From NCBI GenBank assembly GCA_016844945.1, contig JAERTJ010000111.1, positions 16,387-80,386 of the forward strand: a stretch of DNA of 64,000 nucleotides, given 5' to 3'. The DNA comes from Fidelibacterota bacterium. Its GTDB lineage: Bacteria; Fidelibacterota; UBA8477; JABMPR01. The position numbers were made by a program, and so were the translations under genes. The notes under the pieces are model-generated. The model had not been told where the DNA came from, made no database searches, and saw only the letters and a list, made by a program, of their open reading frames with translations. Shown here piece after piece: positions 44,478 through 54,289 of the stretch. Every line of letters starts with the position of its first letter. The stretch's first letter is position 1.

Positions 44478-47354
44478 GTGCTGCCAACATGGCAAGTTAC
44501 CCTCACAATACCTCTTGTCTCTGAGAATTACCCATTCGACGGACTATTATCTTCTGATACGACTGGAACCATTCAAGTCTACGGTGATTCCGTGGACACG
44601 AACAGTGATGGCTTTATGGACATCTTGTTGCCTGACACACTATCAGACTATCCCGGTGGTCTTTATATCACCCTGGAAAATGATCTCCCCCCAATAACTC
44701 TTCCTGAAGACATGTTTGTTATACCTGGACAAGATCCCATGGAACTAGGTGTTGGACCGATATCTCTGGGCGCAATCATGCCGGATGTGATATCAGAGGG
44801 AATTCAAGTTGGACCGATTGACACAACCTTGTATATGGCGGATATGGGTTTTTCATTTCCCTCCTTTACCAATGATACAATACCAGCGTCAACATGTGAT
44901 GATCCCAATGCCCGAAGATCCATGACAGTGAACTTTACATTTGGTGATGCAGATACGAATATAAATTTTGATCAGGATGTCCAGCTCCCCGGCTATGCTC
45001 TGGAAATTGATTATAGCCTGTTCAGTCTCACAGATCAAGGTGGCTGTGAACCGTGCGGGACAATTCCGGAAACCTATATTTGTTCGGGTACTGAGTCTTA
45101 CCCCGTTTTGGCGGAGGGGACCTCAATCAATATCCCTGATTCACCCCTTCCGACCATTCGTCAGGCATTCGCACTTCTACCGGATCCATCCACACTCCCT
45201 GCAGGTGTACCCATTGAGAGTTTTGAATCAGTGACCATTGATTCAGGTAGTATTTCCTCCATCATCAATAGTCAGCTCCCCTTATCATCATCTAACACCG
45301 GCTTGGTTGTCTATACTAAAAAAGCCAATGGGGATACCACACATCTCCACAATCACTTTTTTGATGAACTTGAGCCCTATATGGTCGGGCGAGAAGATGA
45401 TACGACTAGAATTTCAAGTTTGGCTGGTGTTTCCGTTTATGACAGCCTGATCTTTGAATTTGGTGGACTGATCAATGGTAATAATGGTGATACATTATTA
45501 TTCCCCCAGGGTGTGAATCCCTTTTTCCAATATAGTTTTTCCCTGGAAATTAACGAATTCAGAAGTGTCGAAGTAAATATGCTCGACACCACTATTACCA
45601 CCTACCAACCCATGAATACCAGCTCTGAAGATGAATCTGGACAGGGCTTTAGCGTTGAAATCGTTTCAGCTTCTTTTAAGGATATTCTTACTGACGATGC
45701 TGATACAAACAAATTGAGTATCAATGTGAGCAATCGCATGGGTATGGACATCGAGTCCATGGAAATCAGGCTTCATAACTTTTTTGAAACCCAAATACTT
45801 AAGGATGCTGGTGTTTCGGAAAGGATCACCTTTAACCTACCAGCTGATTCCACGGTTGACACAACAGTAGTGCTGGATGGTCATATTCTCAGCAATACAA
45901 CCAATGATAATGCCCCCCTGGATTCCCTCTTTATTGAAACAGTGGTTGAATTTAGTGCAGGTGATGAACCAACTTCCATTCCATTTCCCCTTCCAGATGA
46001 TATGACCATGGACGTGGGAGTGCTCATGACGCCCCTCAGGATCGCAGATTTAACAGGTCTATTCGATATTAGTTTTGAAATTAGCGATCAGGAACAACCA
46101 CTGAGCTTACCTGGACTTGTAGGCGGGATAACCTTTGGTGAGGCAATTCTAGCCATCACAATGAATAACGAGTTCGGTGTTTCCCCAGGACTGGGGCTTG
46201 AAGTAAAGGGTCACCGGGGAGATGATAGTGTTGTTGTTGCCCTCAATCCCGATTCGGTCAGTTTTCAATCTGGGTCACCTGATGTACCCGTGACCACTGA
46301 AATCCGTATCAGTCGAGAATATGTGAAACGAAAGGTTGGAATTATCGAGTCAGTTGTCCAGCATTTTGATGATGACAACAATATCGTCAACCTTATGGCG
46401 ATGATGCCAGATATTGTTTCAGTGGGTGGGGATGCGCAAATCTCACCTGATGGACTGACCTCAATTACGGCAGGCGCGGAAATATCTGGAACCTGGCGTT
46501 TTGAAATCCCTTTCCTCTTGAGTGTCGCCAGTGGCGTTGAATTTATGCCACCTAACTTTTCAAAGATGGCAGCTCTTGATTCCAGCACCATCAAACAACT
46601 TGTCGGGAGCAACGGCATTCCTGATGAATCTGATATGCTCATCAGCTCAACGATAAATACTATCCTCTATAGTGATATCGGGTTGGGATTTGGTATGGAA
46701 ATTCTGGTCTCGGATATCCCATACTTCCCATTTTATAACAGTGTTGAAAATCGCATACTAGTCTCTGCTGATCTTGACCTCGATGGCGCTGCTGATACCC
46801 TTGATCTCAATCTTGATACCCTCATTTTACATCCCATCGTGAAGACACTTGAACTTGAAATTCCCGCAGGGGTTACGGATCCAAGATCAGGAATTGTTAT
46901 TCCAGGCATGGAGGGAATGGGACAGTACTCTTATTCAGCAGATTTCAATCTGGATGATGTTGAAGGCGACTCAACTTATGGAACCCTCAAACATCATAAA
47001 TACGCCTTCCTCGATACATTCCTCCTCGCTAAATCAGATTCAGGATTCACGGATGTCAGCTCTGCATTATTATCCGCTGGTCTGGATGCACCGACTGTCG
47101 CTGATAGCTTATACAATCTGGAACTTAATCCTGAAGGTACAGAGTTACTACTCATGATGGATGTGACAGATTATGGGGAGTTAGGCTGGCTGATTGAGGA
47201 AAAAGATCATTATATCGCCACCAAGTTTGTCCTTGATGAAACGCCCAATCCTGCTCTGTTACCCTTCTCTGCAGGGATTGATGTGACGGCCTTTATGCAA
47301 TTTATCATGAACTCCGGCCCCATGTTTGGTTCAGAGGCAGATTCCACAGAATGA
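44478..47354 (+). CDS. Large acidic secreted protein, probable lipoprotein; real start probably upstream at 44376-44391 (ATA/ATT)
   Basis: 958-aa ORF from the GTG at 44478. The same frame is open back to the TAG at 44370-44372 and encodes ...KIKGRVAGLVLAVTWGLLVLQCDFG..., a signal-peptide/lipobox-like segment. The body is D/E/S/T/N-rich with no recognisable catalytic motif. D-x-D-x-D-G-like loops (DTNSDGFMD, DLDLDGAAD) and a small Cys cluster (GGCEPCG...YICSG) are present. Confidence 0.6.
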   Translation: MLPTWQVTLTIPLVSENYPFDGLLSSDTTGTIQVYGDSVDTNSDGFMDILLPDTLSDYPGGLYITLENDLPPITLPEDMFVIPGQDPMELGVGPISLGAIMPDVISEGIQVGPIDTTLYMADMGFSFPSFTNDTIPASTCDDPNARRSMTVNFTFGDADTNINFDQDVQLPGYALEIDYSLFSLTDQGGCEPCGTIPETYICSGTESYPVLAEGTSINIPDSPLPTIRQAFALLPDPSTLPAGVPIESFESVTIDSGSISSIINSQLPLSSSNTGLVVYTKKANGDTTHLHNHFFDELEPYMVGREDDTTRISSLAGVSVYDSLIFEFGGLINGNNGDTLLFPQGVNPFFQYSFSLEINEFRSVEVNMLDTTITTYQPMNTSSEDESGQGFSVEIVSASFKDILTDDADTNKLSINVSNRMGMDIESMEIRLHNFFETQILKDAGVSERITFNLPADSTVDTTVVLDGHILSNTTNDNAPLDSLFIETVVEFSAGDEPTSIPFPLPDDMTMDVGVLMTPLRIADLTGLFDISFEISDQEQPLSLPGLVGGITFGEAILAITMNNEFGVSPGLGLEVKGHRGDDSVVVALNPDSVSFQSGSPDVPVTTEIRISREYVKRKVGIIESVVQHFDDDNNIVNLMAMMPDIVSVGGDAQISPDGLTSITAGAEISGTWRFEIPFLLSVASGVEFMPPNFSKMAALDSSTIKQLVGSNGIPDESDMLISSTINTILYSDIGLGFGMEILVSDIPYFPFYNSVENRILVSADLDLDGAADTLDLNLDTLILHPIVKTLELEIPAGVTDPRSGIVIPGMEGMGQYSYSADFNLDDVEGDSTYGTLKHHKYAFLDTFLLAKSDSGFTDVSSALLSAGLDAPTVADSLYNLELNPEGTELLLMMDVTDYGELGWLIEEKDHYIATKFVLDETPNPALLPFSAGIDVTAFMQFIMNSGPMFGSEADSTE

Positions 47355-48718
47355 AAAAATTAACAGTCATATGGTTATTCTTCCTGCTTGTTGTGTCATC
47401 TGCAATTGGGCAAGCCCATATTGATGCTCGAGGTTTGGGCGTTTGTAATGCCTATACCGTGAGCTCCAGGGGAATCTCAGCCATTGGCTATAACCCTGCA
47501 AATCTCGGGTTTACAGATGAAGTAAAAATGAGTGCAGATCTGCTGGATTTCAAAATTACTGCATATAATAATTTTATGTCGCTGGCACTCTTCAATCAAT
47601 ATTTCACAGGCGATCGTGATGGAGAGCCCTACGATTTAGAGGTCAGGAAACCCGGTAGCGATCAAACGCATAAAGAATATCTGCTTTCCGAGATTCCTGA
47701 GGATGGATTTGCTGTGGGGTTGGGTGTTTCTGTTCCTCTCATTAATGTTTCGGTTGGAAACTATGCCTTCACCTCTGGGGTGGAATACTATATGCGGAAT
47801 ACCCTCCCACGTAGCATGTTTGAAGTTGTTATGGATGGAAATCAGGTGGGAAGATCTTTCGATCTGGCACTTTCACAGGACATCCTCATGGTAACCAATT
47901 TTGGGTTTTCTTTCGCCATTCCCTTTGAAAAGTACAATATTGGAGCAACGATTAAGTACCTGGCAGGCATCGGTTTTGCCGGAGTTGATTCAGCAGGTGG
48001 TTCCTTTAGCACTGAAGCCACAGGGCTTGAATCAGATGGTTTCTATCGTTTTACCAGAGCTATCGGAGGTAATGGTCTAGCTGTAGATTTAGGTTTCAGC
48101 ACTCGTAAAATCGACAACTGGCAATTTGGGATAGCCATTAACAATGTTATAGGATTTATCAACTGGGGAAATGAAGATAACTACATTGCCAAGAGCATAG
48201 GAGCTATTGAATCTTCAATGCCCGTTCGTGAATGGTTTCAGATACCAACAGATAGTTCGGACTATTCAGCCAGTACGCTTTACACGATGGATCTTGAAAA
48301 TGTTAATGTCACCAGTGCACTGGCAAATTCGGATAGCCTTTTCCAATTTCATGATCAAGATGTCGCCACTCCGGATAGTATTCGGATGAATTATCCCGCC
48401 ATTTTTAGACTTGGCGGTAGTTACCAATACAAAAAAGATTTTATCGTCATGGCTGATCTCTCAGCCGGGTTTGATGATTATTATTTCGCCAGTAGAGCCT
48501 GGCGTCTGGCAATTGGAGCAGAGTGGATAAGGTTTAAAATGGCTCCCATCCGTTCGGGAATTGCCTTTGGGGGACCTTACGGCAGTGAAGCCTCACTTGG
48601 GGCTGGAGTCCACCTGATCTGGTTCGATGCTGACATTGCACTCAAACTGCTGGGCGGAATGTCACTCGCCAATGCAGAGGGTATTGAATTCGGGATGAGC
48701 TTCCAATTCAAGCGTTAA
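47351..48718 (+). CDS. Predicted outer-membrane beta-barrel protein (DUF5723 / PorP-SprF / TraF-like impression)
   Basis: 455 aa. Signal peptide (WLFFLLVVSSAIGQA), an N-proximal YNPANLG motif, repeated amphipathic strand pattern with Gly/aromatic girdles and a C-terminal GIEFGMSFQFKR. ATGA overlap with the upstream large ORF. Confidence 0.6.
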   Translation: MKKLTVIWLFFLLVVSSAIGQAHIDARGLGVCNAYTVSSRGISAIGYNPANLGFTDEVKMSADLLDFKITAYNNFMSLALFNQYFTGDRDGEPYDLEVRKPGSDQTHKEYLLSEIPEDGFAVGLGVSVPLINVSVGNYAFTSGVEYYMRNTLPRSMFEVVMDGNQVGRSFDLALSQDILMVTNFGFSFAIPFEKYNIGATIKYLAGIGFAGVDSAGGSFSTEATGLESDGFYRFTRAIGGNGLAVDLGFSTRKIDNWQFGIAINNVIGFINWGNEDNYIAKSIGAIESSMPVREWFQIPTDSSDYSASTLYTMDLENVNVTSALANSDSLFQFHDQDVATPDSIRMNYPAIFRLGGSYQYKKDFIVMADLSAGFDDYYFASRAWRLAIGAEWIRFKMAPIRSGIAFGGPYGSEASLGAGVHLIWFDADIALKLLGGMSLANAEGIEFGMSFQFKR

Positions 48719-48751
48719 ACGCTCCCTGTTGTCCTATTTTTTAAAGCTGAT

Positions 48752-49846
48752 TTATTTTTTTGCTGTCCTGTAGAATAACAAACAACCCGCAATAAAGAGT
48801 ATCACATTCCCAAACCAAACAGCAACTGAAGGGTGCATGGAGCTGTTATAGGCAACCTTTTGTCCACCAATCAACAAAATGTAATAGACAAAAAGGGCGA
48901 CCACACTTTTACCCACACCGACAGCAAGATTCTCTCTGGTCCCCTGGAGAGCAAAACTAATTCCCAGAAATATGACAATAAAGCCAGTCATCACGAATGC
49001 TAATTTGAAATGATAGTCTACCACCCAACGATGCGGGTTTAACCCCAATAGCTTTTTCTTCTCAATAAACTCGAGGAGCTGAAAAACGTTCATCTCATTG
49101 GGTCGGATTTGTTCTTTAACAATGTCTGCAGGGGTCAGGCTGATGGGTAATTCATCTCCAAGTTTAATCTGGGAGAAGATCAGTCTCCCACCTGCATCAA
49201 AGCGTCGATTCAAGCCTTCACTTTTATTCCAGATGCCTAGGGAATCATCCCATCTAAGTATCCCATAATCCCATCGCTCAGTAATTCCGGAATCACGATA
49301 GGCTAGAATGGAAATATCCCTACCTTTGTTATTGTGAACATCGTAAGTCTTAATGACCATTATGTTGCCATTTACATCCTGCCGCACGACTTCCTTCATT
49401 CTTTTGGGGCTTCTTTTGGGTTTTAAAATGTTCCGTGTGATTTCCTTTTGCTGATGGTTGAACGGCATGACTACCAGGTTCTGAAATCCAAATTGAAAGA
49501 CGGTGAAGAATATTCCTAATAGAAGTAAAGGACGGGCAATACGGAACATGCTGATACCGGAAGCCCGCATGGCAGCAATTTCATAATTTTTATTCAGGGT
49601 CCCCAGCGAAAATACAGTAGCTAATAACATGCTCATGGGCAATGCCATATCTATAAAATAGGGGAGGCTGTACCCATAGTATATCAACATGAGGTTTGCC
49701 CCTGCACCGGCATCGACGAAATTATCTATTTTTTCTACAAAATCAGCAATGGTGAAGATGCCGATGAGACCGATAAGCACAGTCCACATCGTTTTGAAGA
49801 AAGCACGGATCAGGTAACGATCAATGAGAGAAATAAAGCCCAACAC
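48752..49846 (-). CDS. LPS export ABC transporter permease, LptF/LptG (YjgP/YjgQ) family
   Basis: 364 aa. IDRYLIRAFF N-terminus, three TM helices, a periplasmic beta-jellyroll-like insert and three more TM helices. Confidence 0.85.
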   Translation of the reverse strand: MLGFISLIDRYLIRAFFKTMWTVLIGLIGIFTIADFVEKIDNFVDAGAGANLMLIYYGYSLPYFIDMALPMSMLLATVFSLGTLNKNYEIAAMRASGISMFRIARPLLLLGIFFTVFQFGFQNLVVMPFNHQQKEITRNILKPKRSPKRMKEVVRQDVNGNIMVIKTYDVHNNKGRDISILAYRDSGITERWDYGILRWDDSLGIWNKSEGLNRRFDAGGRLIFSQIKLGDELPISLTPADIVKEQIRPNEMNVFQLLEFIEKKKLLGLNPHRWVVDYHFKLAFVMTGFIVIFLGISFALQGTRENLAVGVGKSVVALFVYYILLIGGQKVAYNSSMHPSVAVWFGNVILFIAGCLLFYRTAKK

Positions 49847-49856
49847 AATACGCTAA

Positions 49857-51056
49857 TCAGCGCTCCTGAACAAAGACGGTTTCAACCCGCGTGGCAGTGG
49901 ATGAGGAAATGACGTAGCGGTGGGTCTCTGTGAGAAACTGCTCATTTTTTTGAGGAATATGACCGAGGCATTCAATAAGAAATCCAGCCAGGGTTTCATA
50001 CTCCCCCCGGGGAATCTCAAAGTCATGCTGCTCATTGAGATAATCTATTTCAGCATTTCCTTTAATCAGGACACCCTTTTCAAGTTGTTGTACGGGGGAC
50101 TCTTCTTCATCGAAAGCATCTGTGAACTCACCGAATAATTCCTCAGTTAAGTCTTCCATGGTTATGAGTCCGGCTGTGCCACCATACTCATCGATTACTA
50201 TGGCGATGGATAGACTTTTAGATTGAAGTTCACCAAGAAGCTCATCAGCTGCCTTTGTTTCAGGCACAAAATAAGCTTCACGCATGACTTCTGTCAGGTC
50301 GTTTGCACCCCTGAAAATATCATGTAAAAAGACAATGCCTTTTATATCATCAGTTGTTTCCGCATAAACGGGTAGCTTGGAAAAACCGGATTCCATAAAG
50401 GCAGATTCGACTTCTTCCATGGTACTTTCTATGGGTACGGAGGTCATATCTGGTCGAGGTGTCATCACCTCACTAATGGATGTATCCTTAAAAGTAAAAA
50501 TCCTGGCGATGGTCTGGCGTTCATGGACATCCACACCACTTTCCTCGCGGGGATCATTGAATAGAAGGTGCAGTTCCTCAGAGTCCAGATTTGTTTGACT
50601 CTCCACCTCATCGCTATGGAGAATGCGCCTTCTGTAAACGCTGAGAACCATGGTGAGTGGGTATAGAATAATTTCAAAAATTCTGACGAACCGTCCAAAA
50701 AACAGCATAGATGCATTTGGGAACTCCCGGAAGAGAGTTTTTGGAATGATTTCTCCAAAAATCAGTACGCTGACAGAAATTATCAGCAAGATGAGACCTT
50801 CATTAGGGATCACCCGTATTAGCATCACCGTCGCAAAAGAGGTCGTCATAATGTTGGCGATATTGTTCCCCACCAGAGTGGCGGTTAAAAATTGTTCTGG
50901 CTCCTGACTGGCTTTCATAGCCGAATAAGAGCCACGAACTTTACGGCGTTGCCATACTTCAAGCTGAAGCCGGTTTGAGGAGAGCAATGCGATTTCGGCT
51001 CCTGCGAAAATGAAGCTCAGAATTAATCCCAGGATGGCTAGAATGATTTCAATCAT
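49857..51056 (-). CDS. CNNM/HlyC-CorC family protein (DUF21 + CBS pair + CorC_HlyC)
   Basis: 399 aa. N-terminal 4-TM DUF21, a CBS pair (EVMTPRPDM..., GIVFLHDI) and a C-terminal transporter-associated domain. Confidence 0.85.
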   Translation of the reverse strand: MIEIILAILGLILSFIFAGAEIALLSSNRLQLEVWQRRKVRGSYSAMKASQEPEQFLTATLVGNNIANIMTTSFATVMLIRVIPNEGLILLIISVSVLIFGEIIPKTLFREFPNASMLFFGRFVRIFEIILYPLTMVLSVYRRRILHSDEVESQTNLDSEELHLLFNDPREESGVDVHERQTIARIFTFKDTSISEVMTPRPDMTSVPIESTMEEVESAFMESGFSKLPVYAETTDDIKGIVFLHDIFRGANDLTEVMREAYFVPETKAADELLGELQSKSLSIAIVIDEYGGTAGLITMEDLTEELFGEFTDAFDEEESPVQQLEKGVLIKGNAEIDYLNEQHDFEIPRGEYETLAGFLIECLGHIPQKNEQFLTETHRYVISSSTATRVETVFVQER

Positions 51057-51217
51057 AGAGAGCGTTTGGTCAATTGATAATGGCTATACATCGGCTCGTT
51101 TAACATACAAATAATATAATTTGATTCAAGCCTGAACGATAGCGCGCACTTTAAGTCCTGGAATACAATCATAGAGATAAGCGGTGGGAATAAAAAAATC
51201 AAGTTTCATCAACCTGG

Positions 51218-51898
51218 TTGGCGATTAACCTAAGAGCTATGGATTCGACCGCTCTGGAAACTTCGTATAGGCTTGAGTTAAATGAAAGCTGGCAAGGTAT
51301 TGAAAGTGATGGACAGCAACGCATGTTTCTCCTCGGCGTATTGGCTGCAGCTACAACGCTAAATGATGAAAACATGCTATCCAGGTGGATTCAAACGTGT
51401 AAGGGCGTATTGAAGCTGGAAGCCATTGAAGAGTCTATTCTGCAAACCCTTCTTTTCGCGGGGTTCCCAAAGACCATAGAAGCCTTGAAAATCTTGCGCC
51501 AGATTTACCCGGAAAGTTCCGGCTCTAGACAAATTGAAAGTCGCACTCAATCGGGTGAAGACACAAGCAAAATAGTATATGGCGAATACCATGATCGATT
51601 AAAACAGGTTATGGATGAGCTTCATCCTGATCTGACCCGATGGATGATTGAAGACGGCTATGGACGGATATTATCCAGACCCGGTTTGAGCCTTCAGGAG
51701 AGAGAAATTGCAGTCCTGGGATCACTCATGGCATCCGGGATGATTCATCAGTTTCGCGCTCACATCAGGGGCGCTTTAAATGCTGGTATTAAACCAGTTG
51801 ATATAATTTGGTTTACGAACACCTTCAAATGTATACTTGCCGCCGACTTGAGAAGGAGCTTTGAGGTAATCACAAAGCAGGTAGTAGAAGGATATTGA
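51218..51898 (+). CDS. Carboxymuconolactone decarboxylase (CMD/AhpD-like) family protein
   Basis: 226 aa with a TTG start. The C-terminal half (REIAVLGSLMASGMIHQFRAHIRGALNAGIKPVDI) matches the CMD helix pattern. Function not assignable. Confidence 0.5.
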   Translation: MAINLRAMDSTALETSYRLELNESWQGIESDGQQRMFLLGVLAAATTLNDENMLSRWIQTCKGVLKLEAIEESILQTLLFAGFPKTIEALKILRQIYPESSGSRQIESRTQSGEDTSKIVYGEYHDRLKQVMDELHPDLTRWMIEDGYGRILSRPGLSLQEREIAVLGSLMASGMIHQFRAHIRGALNAGIKPVDIIWFTNTFKCILAADLRRSFEVITKQVVEGY

Positions 51899-51966
51899 AC
51901 ACTTGTTAAGTCATATAAGATAGTGTTTTTTCGGGTATAGATTTTTATTGGTGGGAGTAGGAAGAA

Positions 51967-52890
51967 ATGGCATCAAAACTAGGTAAACTGTTAACTGAGC
52001 AACGTAACCCCAATAGCATGAATTTGGATTCTGCTTCAATTCGTGAAATATTGGAAATCATTAACCGGGAGGATCAGGTTATTGCCCTACGTGTTGCTGA
52101 ACAGATGGATGATATCACCCAGGCTACCCAGCTTGTAGATCAAGCCTTTCAAAATGAAGGTCGTTTGATATATGTAGGTGCTGGAACCTCTGGTCGTTTA
52201 GGCGTGCTCGATGCATCTGAAATTCCCCCGACTTACAATGCCAGCCCTGAACGCGTACAGGGATTTATCGCAGGTGGTGATACTGCCTTGAGAACGGCTG
52301 TCGAAGGTGCTGAAGATTTCCCGGAGGATGGTCGTAAACTGATCGACTCCCTTGATGTGTCAGACAAGGATGTTGTCATGGGAATTGCAACCAGCGGTGT
52401 GACCCCCTATGTGCTGGGTTCACTGGAACGCGGACGTGAATTAGGCGCTTCTACAGTGTTTTTCACCTGTGCCGACCGCTCTCACATCGATATAGATGTT
52501 GATGTTTTGATCTCTGTTCCTGTGGGTCCTGAGGTCATCACCGGGTCAACCCGCATGAAATCAGGAACGGCAACCAAGCTGGTGCTGAACATGATAACAA
52601 CAACCGCCATGGTTAAACGGGGCAAGGTATATGAAAACCTCATGGTGGATTTAAAAGCGACAAACATAAAGCTGGAAGATCGAGCCAGACGCATTGTTTC
52701 AACCATTACATCATGCAGTTATGAGGAAGCCACAGATTTGCTGGCAAAATCAAACAACTATGTCAAAGTCGCCCTTGTCATGCAGAAAAGCAATGCTTCA
52801 GCAGAAGAAAGCCGATTATATTTGGATCGCTTCGACGGAAACGTCCGTTTGGCTGTAGACGAATTAGAAAAAACGCAAACCCAGGATTGA
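51967..52890 (+). CDS. murQ: N-acetylmuramic acid 6-phosphate etherase
   Basis: 307 aa. SIS domain with GAGTSGRLG, a conserved ASEIPPTY region and TGSTRMKSGTATK. Confidence 0.9.
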   Translation: MASKLGKLLTEQRNPNSMNLDSASIREILEIINREDQVIALRVAEQMDDITQATQLVDQAFQNEGRLIYVGAGTSGRLGVLDASEIPPTYNASPERVQGFIAGGDTALRTAVEGAEDFPEDGRKLIDSLDVSDKDVVMGIATSGVTPYVLGSLERGRELGASTVFFTCADRSHIDIDVDVLISVPVGPEVITGSTRMKSGTATKLVLNMITTTAMVKRGKVYENLMVDLKATNIKLEDRARRIVSTITSCSYEEATDLLAKSNNYVKVALVMQKSNASAEESRLYLDRFDGNVRLAVDELEKTQTQD

Positions 52891-52912
52891 GACAGGTAAT
52901 CAGGAGAACTGT

Positions 52913-54289
52913 ATGAACATTAATGATTTTATTTTTAGAGAATATGATATACGTGGAGAAGTTTCTGTAGATTTTCCTGAGGAAGTTGTTGTTGCACTTG
53001 GAAGAGCTTTCGCAACCATCGTGAAACGTCGCGGGGGTAAGAAAATCACCCTTTCAGGAGATGTGAGACTTACTACACCCCAGTTGAAAGAATATTTTAA
53101 GGCAGGAGCTCTGTCAACAGGTATCAACGTGATGGATATTGGCATTCTGCCGACACCAGGAAACTATTTTAGTGTCTTTCATTTTGATGATGTGGATGGT
53201 GCCTGTCAAATCACTGGCTCACATAATCCCCCAGAATTCAATGGTTTCAAATTAACCTATAACCAGCTCGCCTTTTTTGGCCAGGATATTCAGGATATGC
53301 TAACACTCATCAAGAGTGATGATTTCGAGCAGGGGGAAGGTCAGGCAACAGAATATGACCTACTGCCAGAATATGTGGATAATGTTGTGAAGGGGATTGA
53401 CCTGCACCGACCTATGCGTATTGCTGTTGACTCTGGGAACGCAGCTGCCGCCCTGTGTGCAGTTGAAGTTTATGAACGATTGGGATGTGAGGTTACCGCT
53501 CTTTATTGCGATGTTGATGGCACCTTTCCAAATCATCATCCCGACCCTACTGTTCCAGCCAACCTCAAGGATATTCAGGATGAAGTCAAATGCGGGGGAT
53601 ATGATGTTGGTCTTGCATTTGACGGTGATGCGGACCGTCTGGGTGTTATCGATGAAAAAGGAAATGTGGTCTGGGCAGACTACCAGATGATCCTTTTTGC
53701 ACAAGATGTAATCAAATCCAAAGATGATAAAATTATTTTTGATGTGAAATGCTCTCAAGCCCTTGAAGAAAAAATTCTTGAGTTTGGTGGAACACCTGTC
53801 ATGTATAAAACAGGTCACTCACACATAAAATCACACATGAAAACTCTGGGTTCACCTTTCTCTGGAGAGATGAGTGGTCACCTCTTTTTTGCAGATAAGT
53901 ATTTTGGTTTTGATGATGCCATCTACAATGGTGGACGCATGTTGGAATTGCTCTCAAAATCAGACCGCCCACTTTCAGAGTTGGTCGATGAATTACCCAA
54001 ATATTTTTCAACACCAGAAATCAGACTCACATGCAACTCAGATTCTGAGAAGTTTGAAATCGCCAAAAATGCAGCTGAGTACTTCAAGGCTAACTATGAC
54101 TGCATCGATGTAGATGGCGTACGGATTCGATTTGGTGATGGATGGGGTTTGGTCAGAGCCTCGAACACTCAACCCGTTCTCGTAGTACGCTTCGAAGCGA
54201 AAACAGCAGAGCGCATGGAAGAGATTCAAACACTTGTCATGGAAAAAATTGGGGAGTTTGGCGAGGTCCGCCTTGACGAGGGACACTGA
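52913..54289 (+). CDS. Phosphomannomutase/phosphoglucomutase (alpha-D-phosphohexomutase)
   Basis: 458 aa. Has the active-site TGSHNPPEFNG, the metal loop FDGDADR and the sugar-binding GEMSGH. Confidence 0.9.
   Translation: MNINDFIFREYDIRGEVSVDFPEEVVVALGRAFATIVKRRGGKKITLSGDVRLTTPQLKEYFKAGALSTGINVMDIGILPTPGNYFSVFHFDDVDGACQITGSHNPPEFNGFKLTYNQLAFFGQDIQDMLTLIKSDDFEQGEGQATEYDLLPEYVDNVVKGIDLHRPMRIAVDSGNAAAALCAVEVYERLGCEVTALYCDVDGTFPNHHPDPTVPANLKDIQDEVKCGGYDVGLAFDGDADRLGVIDEKGNVVWADYQMILFAQDVIKSKDDKIIFDVKCSQALEEKILEFGGTPVMYKTGHSHIKSHMKTLGSPFSGEMSGHLFFADKYFGFDDAIYNGGRMLELLSKSDRPLSELVDELPKYFSTPEIRLTCNSDSEKFEIAKNAAEYFKANYDCIDVDGVRIRFGDGWGLVRASNTQPVLVVRFEAKTAERMEEIQTLVMEKIGEFGEVRLDEGH

Noticed and set aside
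54234-54289. Overlap of the PMM/PGM and fni ORFs as a frameshift or fusion
   Set aside because: An in-frame TTG at 54273 gives an IDI-2 N-terminus of normal length (MTRDTEQRKRDHL...). The remaining 17-nt overlap is ordinary operon packing.
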